NCBI GenBank assembly: GCA_038227875.1
Contig: JBBRPR010000033.1
Coordinates: 29,580-93,579, forward strand
Source: Planctomycetota bacterium
Lineage (GTDB): Bacteria > Planctomycetota > SZUA-567 > H5-PLA8
Reading direction: 5' to 3'
DNA: 64,000 nt
Shown here: in pieces, positions 19,108 to 27,764 of the stretch
Position numbering within the stretch: the stretch's first letter is position 1
Layout: every line of letters begins with the position of its first letter
Program-made: the position numbers and the translations under genes
The notes under the pieces: generated by a model
Seen by the model: only the letters and a program-made list of their open reading frames with translations
Database searches by the model: none
What the model was told of the DNA's origin: nothing

Positions 19108-20649
19108 TCACGGCTTTTCCGCGACGCAGTAGAGGTTCTGCTCGCCGCGGATGTAGATGCGATTGCCTTCGAAGATGGGTGAGGCTTCGGTCTGTTCGTG
19201 GTGCGGGCCCATCCAGTGCTTTTCTTCCCAGCCTTCGGGCACGATTTCGTCGATGTTGTTTTTGGCGATGAGTTTGAATTCGCGGCCGGGTTCCACCACA
19301 AGCATGCAACCGGCGGAGTCGATCATGTAAATGTACTTGCCCGCCATCGCGGGACTGGCGCCAATGCCCATGCCGACAGATTTGCGGCTGTACGGGTTCT
19401 TGAAATCGAAGGGCGGGAACATGCTGTAGACGATCGAGTCGGCCTGTTTGGTTTTCGTTGTGTCGACGACGGTCAGAATGCCGAAGTTGCCGACGCAATA
19501 GAGCAGGTTGTTGTGGTAGAGCGGGGAAGCGGTGTAGAAACCGGAGATGGTGGGATCGACCTTCAGCGCTTTGCTGTCGCCGCTGGGCATATTGACGCGG
19601 TTGTACTCCTCGGTGATCAAGGGCTTTACCGTGAGTTCATTATCGGCCTTGGGCAGCACCTGCATAAAGCTGGCGCGGTTCTGGGTGTAATAGACCATGT
19701 CTCCATTGGTTACCACCATGCAGCCGGGCATATCGCCGACGCGCGGGACGACAATCTTGCCGTCCTTGGCGCGCACATAATTTCCGGCGCTGATGACAAA
19801 GTCGGTGCCACCGACGTTGACTTTCACCAAGGCGTATGGATTCCCGCAGAAGGCCGCGGCGCGCCAGATTTCCTTGCCGGTGGCTTTGTCGAAGGCGGCG
19901 AGATTTGTGGTGACGGCGATGAGCTTGTCGTCGGCAATCACGGGGGAGGGCGATTGGCCGTGCTCGCCCCAGCCGCCCGCGATGGATTCGTATCTCGCCC
20001 ACTTCAGCTTACCGGCCAGGTCGTAGCTGGCGGTGATGCCGTTGCCGGAGGAGATGAAGACGTCCTTGCCATCGGAGCAGGGCGTCGCGCCGGTGTAACC
20101 GCACCAGCTTTCCACGTACATGTCGGGCGGCAGGGCGTATTTGCGGTCGGCTTTGAAGGTCAGGTCGTTGATCCTTTTCTGGAGGTCGTGCTTCTGCTTG
20201 TAGAGTTCCTTCGACCAGCCCTTCTCGACAAACGCGTCGTTGAGTTTCTGCAGCTCAGCGATGAGGGGTTCGATTTCAGCGAAGGCGGGATTGGCCTTCT
20301 TCTCCTCGGCGGTCACGGTGATGTAGGCCGGATGGGAGCGGATCCAGAGCAGTTTTCCGGTCAATTTGTTCAGGCAGATCAAGTCGTAGGGTTCGGAGCG
20401 CGTGAAAACTTTGTCGCCGACAATGATCGGCGTCGACCACGTGTAGCAGGGGAGCTTGGTCTCCCAGAGGATGTTTTTCTTCTCGCCTTTTTCATTGCGG
20501 GACCAGGTGGTGGGTGGTGTGGCGTCGGGATAATGGCCGGTGCCATCGCCGCGCCATCCGACGACCTTGTCCGGTTCGGCCGCAAAGGCCTGGAGCGCGC
20601 AGCATGCCAGAAGTGCGATCAACGTTGTCGAGATGGGTCGAATCGTCAT
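19108..20649 (-). CDS. Secreted PQQ-binding-like beta-propeller protein
   Basis: Signal peptide; WRGDGTG....PP..W, NILW.T.LP, STPII, ASP..GNRIYIRG...LYC. Confidence 0.88.
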   Translation of the reverse strand: MTIRPISTTLIALLACCALQAFAAEPDKVVGWRGDGTGHYPDATPPTTWSRNEKGEKKNILWETKLPCYTWSTPIIVGDKVFTRSEPYDLICLNKLTGKLLWIRSHPAYITVTAEEKKANPAFAEIEPLIAELQKLNDAFVEKGWSKELYKQKHDLQKRINDLTFKADRKYALPPDMYVESWCGYTGATPCSDGKDVFISSGNGITASYDLAGKLKWARYESIAGGWGEHGQSPSPVIADDKLIAVTTNLAAFDKATGKEIWRAAAFCGNPYALVKVNVGGTDFVISAGNYVRAKDGKIVVPRVGDMPGCMVVTNGDMVYYTQNRASFMQVLPKADNELTVKPLITEEYNRVNMPSGDSKALKVDPTISGFYTASPLYHNNLLYCVGNFGILTVVDTTKTKQADSIVYSMFPPFDFKNPYSRKSVGMGIGASPAMAGKYIYMIDSAGCMLVVEPGREFKLIAKNNIDEIVPEGWEEKHWMGPHHEQTEASPIFEGNRIYIRGEQNLYCVAEKP

Positions 20650-20859
20650 GCGTGGTCTCCAGTTGCGGACAGGGCACCCACTTCCAGCCACCGGACACTA
20701 TACGAAGACGTAGCAGTGTTAGGGGTGGTATTTTGCGCAATGACTTTGTTGTTTTGCGCAAAGCGGAGCAGTTTTCGTTAAGAGTTGAAAACAGATACAT
20801 GTGGCGTCCAGTATGTGGCAATGATAGCTTGGGTTCAATAGGCAGCGGGAAATGAAGCG

Positions 20860-21750
20860 TTGAAAATTATAGCATTCCTAGCGGTGATTGTGCTCGCGGT
20901 CGCGCTGGCGGTCCTGGTTTTCAGGCGCGCACCAGTGAGCTCCATTCCATCCGCGCCGCCTGCTCCATCTGCTCCAACTGCGTCAGTTGCGCCGGAACAA
21001 ATATCGAAGCTCTCGTTTGTGACGTACAACGTTTACGACCATGTCGAGGAGATGGCCAAGCGCGGGCCGGCGCTGTTGAAGGAGATCGGCGACGCGAACG
21101 CGGATGTGATTGCGCTGCAGGAGATCACGCCGGAGTTTTTGAAGCTTCTCGTGAATTGTGAATGGTCCGGGCGCTACAAGGGACTGACGGAAAAGGGAGA
21201 ACCCGTCGCCCAGAATGAACTGTGCATTCTCTCAAAATATCCGGTGGTGGACATTCAATACGTCGAATTGCCCAGCCGCCTGAACCGGGCGGTGTTGATT
21301 GCGAAAATCGTGGTGAACGGGCGCACGCTGGCGGTGGCGACAACGCATCTCGACAGCTTTCTCGAAGATGGGCCAGCGCGCGCGAAACAGTTGGATCAGA
21401 TTTTTCCGCTGCTCAGGCGCGCTGACGACGCGGTGTTGATGGGTGATTTTAATTTCGGCGACGGTGAGCAGCCGGATACCGCGCATCTCGATGCCGGCTA
21501 CACGGATTCGTGGACGGCGCTGCACGCGGGCGAGGCTGGCTACACGTGGAATATTGAGGTGAGCGAGATGGCGCGGCGAGGCTCGTTCGAAACGGAGACC
21601 AGCCGGCGCCTCGATCGCATTCTGGTGCGATCATCGGTGTGGAAGCCGGCGGCGTCGAAGATCATCGGCGACAAACCGGTTGAAGCGGGCAAGCTGAATT
21701 TATTTCCGTCCGATCACTTCGGACTCGTCGCAGAGATGAAAAAATTGTAA
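20860..21750 (+). CDS. Endonuclease/exonuclease/phosphatase family protein (TDP2-like) with an N-terminal membrane anchor
   Basis: TYNV, DVIALQE, TTHL, MGDFN, RLDRI and PSDH motifs. Confidence 0.9.
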   Translation: MKIIAFLAVIVLAVALAVLVFRRAPVSSIPSAPPAPSAPTASVAPEQISKLSFVTYNVYDHVEEMAKRGPALLKEIGDANADVIALQEITPEFLKLLVNCEWSGRYKGLTEKGEPVAQNELCILSKYPVVDIQYVELPSRLNRAVLIAKIVVNGRTLAVATTHLDSFLEDGPARAKQLDQIFPLLRRADDAVLMGDFNFGDGEQPDTAHLDAGYTDSWTALHAGEAGYTWNIEVSEMARRGSFETETSRRLDRILVRSSVWKPAASKIIGDKPVEAGKLNLFPSDHFGLVAEMKKL

Positions 21751-21858
21751 AGACCGCGTCAAATTGTGGAATATTGCGCTGGTCTATTTTTTGCACTTAG
21801 TGCTCTTCGCGACGCCAAATGCAACAACGATGCGACACCGCGAGCGGAGAGAAAAATC

Positions 21859-22041
21859 ATGGGCGACACTGCGATTATTTCCGATGCCAAACGAAAATGC
21901 AGAAGTTGCTTCTGGTTTATTTCCACTCATGGCTGTACGTGTGCTCAATCGGAGCTGCGCGGAAACCGTGATGCGGAAAAATCGTGTGTGAAATGGGCTG
22001 CTGACCGTCCGTCTGGCAGGCATATTCCGATTCCGCGCTAG
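21859..22041 (+). CDS. Small Cys-rich putative metal-binding protein (60 aa), paralog of 60334..60510
   Basis: GGAGAG RBS + ATG; CRSCFWF.STHGCTC..SELRG......C.KW..RPSGR conserved in the second copy. Confidence 0.7.
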   Translation: MGDTAIISDAKRKCRSCFWFISTHGCTCAQSELRGNRDAEKSCVKWAADRPSGRHIPIPR

Positions 22042-22190
22042 CTAAATGAGTAGTCGGGTTCTGCATCACCACACATGTAACGTCACCTGTTCCTGCCGCA
22101 CCACAATTTTCCAAGCGTTGTAGTTCAATAAAAATGGGCGGACGATTGATCGTCCGCCCATCTGCTTCCGTGACCATATTATCGTCGAGT

Positions 22191-25100
22191 TTACCAGACG
22201 AAACCGTCGAGCCCGCAGCGGAACGCCTTGTCGCGTTCGCGTTGCGCTCCGGATTCATCTCCGGCGGCTTCGAGCAGGACGCTCTTCAGATACAACCAAT
22301 GGCTGTGATCGTCGAACTTGAGCGACAGGCGCAAGTCGATCAGATTTTCGATGCGCTTGAGCGTCCGCTGCCCGGCGGGTTTGTCCAGGCCGGACTTGAT
22401 CAGGCCGATCGACTGCCAGATCCGCAGGTAGGAACCGAGGTCGTGGAACTCGTGCGCGGCCTTGGTGTACCATTCCTTCGCTTTGGCGGCGTGGCCTTCG
22501 GCGGCTTCGATGTCGCCGAAAAGACAGAACACCTCCGCGAGGATGTGCAGCACCTGCGAGTCTTCGCTGAAGTTGTGCTGAATCACCATCGCTTCCTTCA
22601 GTTCCTTGCGCGCTTCGGCGTAGCGTTCTTCCTTGATATGCCGTCGCGCGCGGGCCACGCGGCAACGGATATGACAGGCGGTGAGCTTGTGGCCGCCATG
22701 CGTCGCGGGGTGTTTGGTGTTGAGCATAAAGTCGAGCGCTTCGTCGAAACGGCTGTGCGCGGTCAGTTCGCAGACGTAGCGGCGGGTCATGTAGTCGCTG
22801 CAATCCGGACGTTGCAGGTGTTCGCTGTACTCTTTAAGCAACCGGTCGCGGCGGCCGGAATGCTGCAGTACGCCGAAGTAATAGCTGTCGATGCGGTTGT
22901 CGTGAATCTTTTCGACAATCGCGGCGAGGCGGTTGATCTCCCCGTCCGTGCACTTCTGCGGCTCGGACTGGACCAGCGCGATCGAAAGATGGAGTGCCGG
23001 CCAATCGCCGCCGTGATGGACGGCATGTTTCCAGGCCGCGCCGGCCTCATCCGAACGCCCGCAGCGCTGGAGCAGGTTGCCCCAGAGGTAATGCAGCCGC
23101 GCGTCGCTGGGGTGAGACTGCAGCGCTTTGGGCAGCGCGTCGAAGTAGGCGTCCTGCCACGGCCGGTCGGCGAGGGGATCGAACTCGACCTTCTTCTCCA
23201 TGAACGTCGCGGGCACGCCGGCCAGACCGGCGCAGTGATCGGCCAGCACCAGATCGCTGACTTGCCAGCTCTTGCGGAACGACGTTTTCGCTTCCACCGC
23301 CAGGAGCGCCAGCGAGGGATCGCCGTACTTCAAATAAATGTCGGCCACGGTGATGGCGACATCCGCATCAGAGGCGAGCAGTTTCTCGAACGAGCCATCG
23401 TGCCGCTCGAAACTCAAGACCGGATCGGTGGGGTACGCGGCGCTCAGGGATTTCAACAGCGCACTGTCGGCGTGACCCGACAACCGACGCGCGACCACGG
23501 TGGCGACGCCGAGGTCGCGGTTGCGGATCAGAGTCGGGAGCGCTTCGTGCTTAGTCATTTTCGCCGCGGCGCCAAAGTCGCGGTTGCGCAGATGCGCCAG
23601 CACGGTGGCGAGCTTCCGCTCTTCGCCGTGCAGGCCGGTGATCATGCGCTCTTCCAGATCGCGGTCGCCGGCCGCCAGCGCGATGCGTAGCAGACCCCAC
23701 ACGAGCGGCTTGCTGTGGCCACCGCTTTCGTAGACGTCGAGGAGCAGTTTGCGGGCTTCGGCGTATTCGTGGCGGTAGAGGCGGAAGAGTCCGACTTCCT
23801 CTTTCAGCGCATTGTCTTTCGGCGCGAGCTTCAGCGCAGCTTCGTACCAGAGCCAGGCGTCCTTCCAGTTGAAGACCTGGACGGCGTTCTTGGCGTTGAT
23901 GCGGAAGTTTTTCGCGCTGACTTCGGATGGATCGTGCATCTCTTCGCGCGTCTTCGGCGGCGTGCCGTAGTCGTAGAGCTCAAAGTCGCAGGTCGTCAGC
24001 TTCATCTCGGCCTGGCCGGGATCGACGTCGAGCTTGATGGGGCCCTTGACGTCGAGCTTTTTGGTGTAGACCTTGTCGGGAGCGAGATCGGCCTCCCAGG
24101 TTTCGATTTCGCCCTTGTCGGTGTAGGCACGGAATTTCACACCGCTGAGCGGTTCGACCGATTGCGCGCGCACGATTGCCTTGCCTTTTTCCTGGCCGAC
24201 GAAAACGGTGAGCAGTTCATTGGCGTCCGTGATACCACCGAGGCCGTCGATGGGCTGCCAGCGTTCGTGAAAGGCGATGGTTTGGTGCGGTTCGAGGACG
24301 CTCCAGAATTCCTGGTCGTTGCGAGTGCCGGACTGCAGTTCGACGTAATCGCGCAGATTTTCCGAGAGCAGCTTGCCCCAGCGTTCGCCCGCCGGTCCAT
24401 TGCCCCACGCGAAGTACTTCTTGCCGGGCAGCGTCTTGGGATCGGCGGTGTGGACGACGCCGAATTTCTGTTTCTCGTAATAGCCGCCGAAGAAGCGCTT
24501 GTCGCCGGTATCGCCGAACGCGCTGATCGGTTGCTTGCAGGCTTTCCAGTAGGAAAGATCGCAATCGTTGTCGTACGGCCACTTGAAGAGCTTGCCGCCG
24601 TGGTGTTCGCAGTATTTGTACGGGTAGTAAAGGCGCAGGCTGTCGTCGGTCGTGATACCGCAGTTGCCCCAGTAACAGTACGGATGTTCGAGGTCGGTGG
24701 GATTGTGCAGCCAGCCGTCGATTTCAAGGACGCGTTTGCCGGGCGCGAGACGAATGGTCATCTGCCACTGCACGCCAAAGAGCTTGTCGGTCGCGCCGAA
24801 TTTGCTCCACGCCGCGCCATTTTCGTCGACGCCGTGCGCTTCGTTGATCTTCTGAATCGTCAGCAGCGAATGCGTGACGGGGAAGTTGAATTCGATGCCC
24901 GTGGCGATCCACGGTCCGCCGACGGCCAGGTCCTGATGCTTGATCGCGTCGGTGCGGTGAAACATTTCGCGTCCGGACACCAGGTCCTTCGCGCCCCAGA
25001 CGTGTCCGCCGAGATCGGGAAGAATGTCGACTTCGATGAATTCGTTAGCCAGCCGGACGACGCGCATGGGGTACTGCTCGCTCTTGGCCGTCTGGCTTTC

Positions 25101-25289
25101 GCTGTGATTGTACGGAAAAATATTGCGCGGGTAGCCTTTCGAAAACAGGCTCGGCAGCGGCACTTCAGGCCGGACGGGATAACGTTTCATCTTGACGGTG
25201 AGCTGCGTGGCCGTCGCGTGTTTCGCGGAAGCGGATGATTTTTTTGGTTTGGATTTGGAAGCGGTAGAACGACCGGATTTCGCGGACAT
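22191..25289 (-). CDS. DUF5107 domain + TPR-repeat protein
   Basis: L.NE...V.ILPDLGG, W.ATGIEFNF..H, PGKK.F.WG, YVELQSG motifs; helical TPR-like C-terminal half; GGAG RBS. Confidence 0.8.
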   Translation of the reverse strand: MSAKSGRSTASKSKPKKSSASAKHATATQLTVKMKRYPVRPEVPLPSLFSKGYPRNIFPYNHSESQTAKSEQYPMRVVRLANEFIEVDILPDLGGHVWGAKDLVSGREMFHRTDAIKHQDLAVGGPWIATGIEFNFPVTHSLLTIQKINEAHGVDENGAAWSKFGATDKLFGVQWQMTIRLAPGKRVLEIDGWLHNPTDLEHPYCYWGNCGITTDDSLRLYYPYKYCEHHGGKLFKWPYDNDCDLSYWKACKQPISAFGDTGDKRFFGGYYEKQKFGVVHTADPKTLPGKKYFAWGNGPAGERWGKLLSENLRDYVELQSGTRNDQEFWSVLEPHQTIAFHERWQPIDGLGGITDANELLTVFVGQEKGKAIVRAQSVEPLSGVKFRAYTDKGEIETWEADLAPDKVYTKKLDVKGPIKLDVDPGQAEMKLTTCDFELYDYGTPPKTREEMHDPSEVSAKNFRINAKNAVQVFNWKDAWLWYEAALKLAPKDNALKEEVGLFRLYRHEYAEARKLLLDVYESGGHSKPLVWGLLRIALAAGDRDLEERMITGLHGEERKLATVLAHLRNRDFGAAAKMTKHEALPTLIRNRDLGVATVVARRLSGHADSALLKSLSAAYPTDPVLSFERHDGSFEKLLASDADVAITVADIYLKYGDPSLALLAVEAKTSFRKSWQVSDLVLADHCAGLAGVPATFMEKKVEFDPLADRPWQDAYFDALPKALQSHPSDARLHYLWGNLLQRCGRSDEAGAAWKHAVHHGGDWPALHLSIALVQSEPQKCTDGEINRLAAIVEKIHDNRIDSYYFGVLQHSGRRDRLLKEYSEHLQRPDCSDYMTRRYVCELTAHSRFDEALDFMLNTKHPATHGGHKLTACHIRCRVARARRHIKEERYAEARKELKEAMVIQHNFSEDSQVLHILAEVFCLFGDIEAAEGHAAKAKEWYTKAAHEFHDLGSYLRIWQSIGLIKSGLDKPAGQRTLKRIENLIDLRLSLKFDDHSHWLYLKSVLLEAAGDESGAQRERDKAFRCGLDGFVW

Positions 25290-25537
25290 CGAGAATTCTC
25301 CAATGGGAAAAGTAGAAAACTTCGCCACTGGAGGCACCAGAGTATCACTGGTGGTCAATGAGTCCAGTTAAATAGTACAAGTCTAATCCAGTTTTGACCG
25401 TAAGATTTTATGCTATCAGGAATTATGCTTACATTAATTTGGCAAATTGAGAGTTATAGGAAAAGTTGCAACACAGGTGAAAACTGTGGTGTATAACAAT
25501 CAGTACAAGTTCCGCCACAGTGCCGGGATGAGCGCGA

Positions 25538-26695
25538 ATGACTGAACTACACACCGAAAAGAAGACGCGCCTGCACCTCGTGATCCGCGACCGGATTCTC
25601 AACATGCTGATCAAGAGCGGTTGCCGCCGCGGCGATCCGCTCCCTTCTTATCGCGACATGACCGACCGCTTTCACGTCTCGCTGGTCACGATTCAGCGCG
25701 CGATGGATGAACTGATTAAAGACGGCATCGTCCGCGGCTGGCCGGGGCGTGGTACTTTTCTCGACCGTGAAGTCACGCAGTCCGGACGTCGGCTGACGCA
25801 GGTGGGGCTGGTGATCAACTGCGCGCGCAAAACGTTCTTCTCTTCGACCTATCTGATGGAAATTTTCCAGGGCGTGATGCTGCAGTGCGAGGAGCTGAAC
25901 GTCGACACGCGGTTGTTCTCGATCAAAAACGAAGGCACGCTGACGCCCCGCCAGATCGCCGAGAGCGGCGTCGATGGCGTGCTGTTGCTGGCGGTGAATC
26001 ACGACGCGTATATCCAGGAGCTGGTGCAGGAATTTTCCCCGGTCGTGGTGCTCGATCACAGCACGGAAAAAGTGGCGACCGATTTTCTCGTCTGCGACAC
26101 GCAACCGGCGATGGACGGCATCGTCGCGCATCTGGTGAAACTGGGTCATCGGCGCATGGCGTTCGTCGCGAACTGGACGACCGACACCATCGCGGGGTTG
26201 CAGGGCTTGAATCCGGACATCGAAAGTCCCATCAGCATCGAGCGGCGCAACGCGTTCATGCAGGCAATGTGCGCCGCGGGTTTAAGCGATAGTGCGTCGG
26301 TCTACGAACTTCCGGCCGCGCCGCTCCAGACTCTTACTCATGTAGTCGATGGGTGGACGAAGCAGGCCGTGCGCCCGACGGCGATTATCCTCAACAGCGC
26401 CGGCGATGTCGGAATCCTGGATGCCGAATTCGCTGCGCGTGGCGTGCGTGTTCCGCACGACATTTCGCTGGCGGCGGTGGCAGGGACGGGCAGCGAAGGC
26501 ATTTCTGGTGGAAAAGTGGTGACGTACCAGCGCGTTCATTTCATCGAAATGGGGCGGCAGGCAGTCTCGATTCTTTCCGAGCGCTGCGCCGAGCTGCGGC
26601 CGATGAGTTCCAAATTGTGGCGGATTGGGGCAGATTTTATCGAAGGCGGAACCACAGGCGCGTGCCGGGTGCCGCGCGACACAGGAGACATGTAG
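25538..26695 (+). CDS. GntR-HTH/LacI-type sugar-binding domain transcriptional regulator
   Basis: GDPLPS.R.....F.VSLVT.QRA..EL..DG.V....GRGTF; HLVKLGHRR; VPHDISL. Confidence 0.88.
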   Translation: MTELHTEKKTRLHLVIRDRILNMLIKSGCRRGDPLPSYRDMTDRFHVSLVTIQRAMDELIKDGIVRGWPGRGTFLDREVTQSGRRLTQVGLVINCARKTFFSSTYLMEIFQGVMLQCEELNVDTRLFSIKNEGTLTPRQIAESGVDGVLLLAVNHDAYIQELVQEFSPVVVLDHSTEKVATDFLVCDTQPAMDGIVAHLVKLGHRRMAFVANWTTDTIAGLQGLNPDIESPISIERRNAFMQAMCAAGLSDSASVYELPAAPLQTLTHVVDGWTKQAVRPTAIILNSAGDVGILDAEFAARGVRVPHDISLAAVAGTGSEGISGGKVVTYQRVHFIEMGRQAVSILSERCAELRPMSSKLWRIGADFIEGGTTGACRVPRDTGDM

Positions 26696-26697
26696 CC

Positions 26698-27561
26698 ATG
26701 AGCAACAGTCGAATCGGAAAAATGAACGCTGCAGTGTGCCTGGCTTTGATGCTGACGGGCCTCTCGTTGCCTGTGTGCGCGGCGGAGCCGGCGCTGCAGG
26801 CCTCGAAGGAAAGCTACGACTACGCCGCGGCCATGAAGGACGTCGCGAAAAAATTCAAAGGCACGCCGGGCGTTGTCGTGCTGCTGGGTGATTCGATCAC
26901 CTACGCCAATCAGAACACGGCGTGGGCGCTGCATGGAGAAGGCCAGTCGCCGGAAGTGAAAGCGTTCTTGAAGTGGACGCATGTCGGCGACGGCGGAAAT
27001 GTAGACGGCTGGACGGCGGCGAAAACCGATGTCGAAGGCGGTCGCAGCCACACGGCATCCAGCGGCGTGACGACTGGCGAGTATCTCGCTGGCGGCAAGC
27101 ATGGTCTGCCGCCGCTCTCGGAGATCATCAAGAAGTACAATCCGCAGCTGGCGCTGTACATGCTCGGCACCAACGACATGAACCAGGGTGCTGCGCCGGC
27201 CGCTGCAGTCGCGAACGTTGAGAAGGCGCTCGACATGCTGATGGCTAACGGCACCGTGCCGGTGCTCTCCACGATTCCGCCGATGAAGGGCAAGATTCCA
27301 CAGGTGGAAGCGTACAACGCGGAACTCAAGAAACTCGCCGAGAAGAAAAAGGTTCCGCTGCTCGATCTGTTTGGCGAGATGAAGGCACTCGATGCGGACA
27401 TGATGTGCTTCCTGACCGGAGACGGCGTCCACCTTTCATTCGACAACGCGGCGGGTGCGCCGACGGTCGAGAATTTCAAGAAGGCCGGCTACCTCTGCCG
27501 TTGCTACTTTAACGTGCAGAAATTGATGGAGGTAAAGGGCAAGGTCATCGATGCAAAGTGA
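26698..27561 (+). CDS. Secreted SGNH/GDSL hydrolase
   Basis: Signal peptide; LGDSIT, MLGTND, DGVHL blocks. Confidence 0.9.
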   Translation: MSNSRIGKMNAAVCLALMLTGLSLPVCAAEPALQASKESYDYAAAMKDVAKKFKGTPGVVVLLGDSITYANQNTAWALHGEGQSPEVKAFLKWTHVGDGGNVDGWTAAKTDVEGGRSHTASSGVTTGEYLAGGKHGLPPLSEIIKKYNPQLALYMLGTNDMNQGAAPAAAVANVEKALDMLMANGTVPVLSTIPPMKGKIPQVEAYNAELKKLAEKKKVPLLDLFGEMKALDADMMCFLTGDGVHLSFDNAAGAPTVENFKKAGYLCRCYFNVQKLMEVKGKVIDAK

Positions 27562-27595
27562 CAAAATCCGGGTGTGACATTTTGTGCGACGTAAA

Positions 27596-27621
27596 ACACA
27601 CGGGCGACCACGCCCGTGTGT
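27596..27621. terminator. 11-bp stem hairpin after the SGNH gene
   Basis: acacacgggcg-acca-cgcccgtgtgt. Confidence 0.45.
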
Positions 27622-27764
27622 GGCATGGATGATTTTGATTGCTGGCGCAAAATTGTCCGGGAGTTTAGCCTGTGAAAGTCGCACCCACTAAACGATTGCC
27701 CAAGTGCGAGACTGTGCTGAAAATTCACAGTGCAGCCGTGCGCGCAGGCCTGAGAAAAGGCGAA

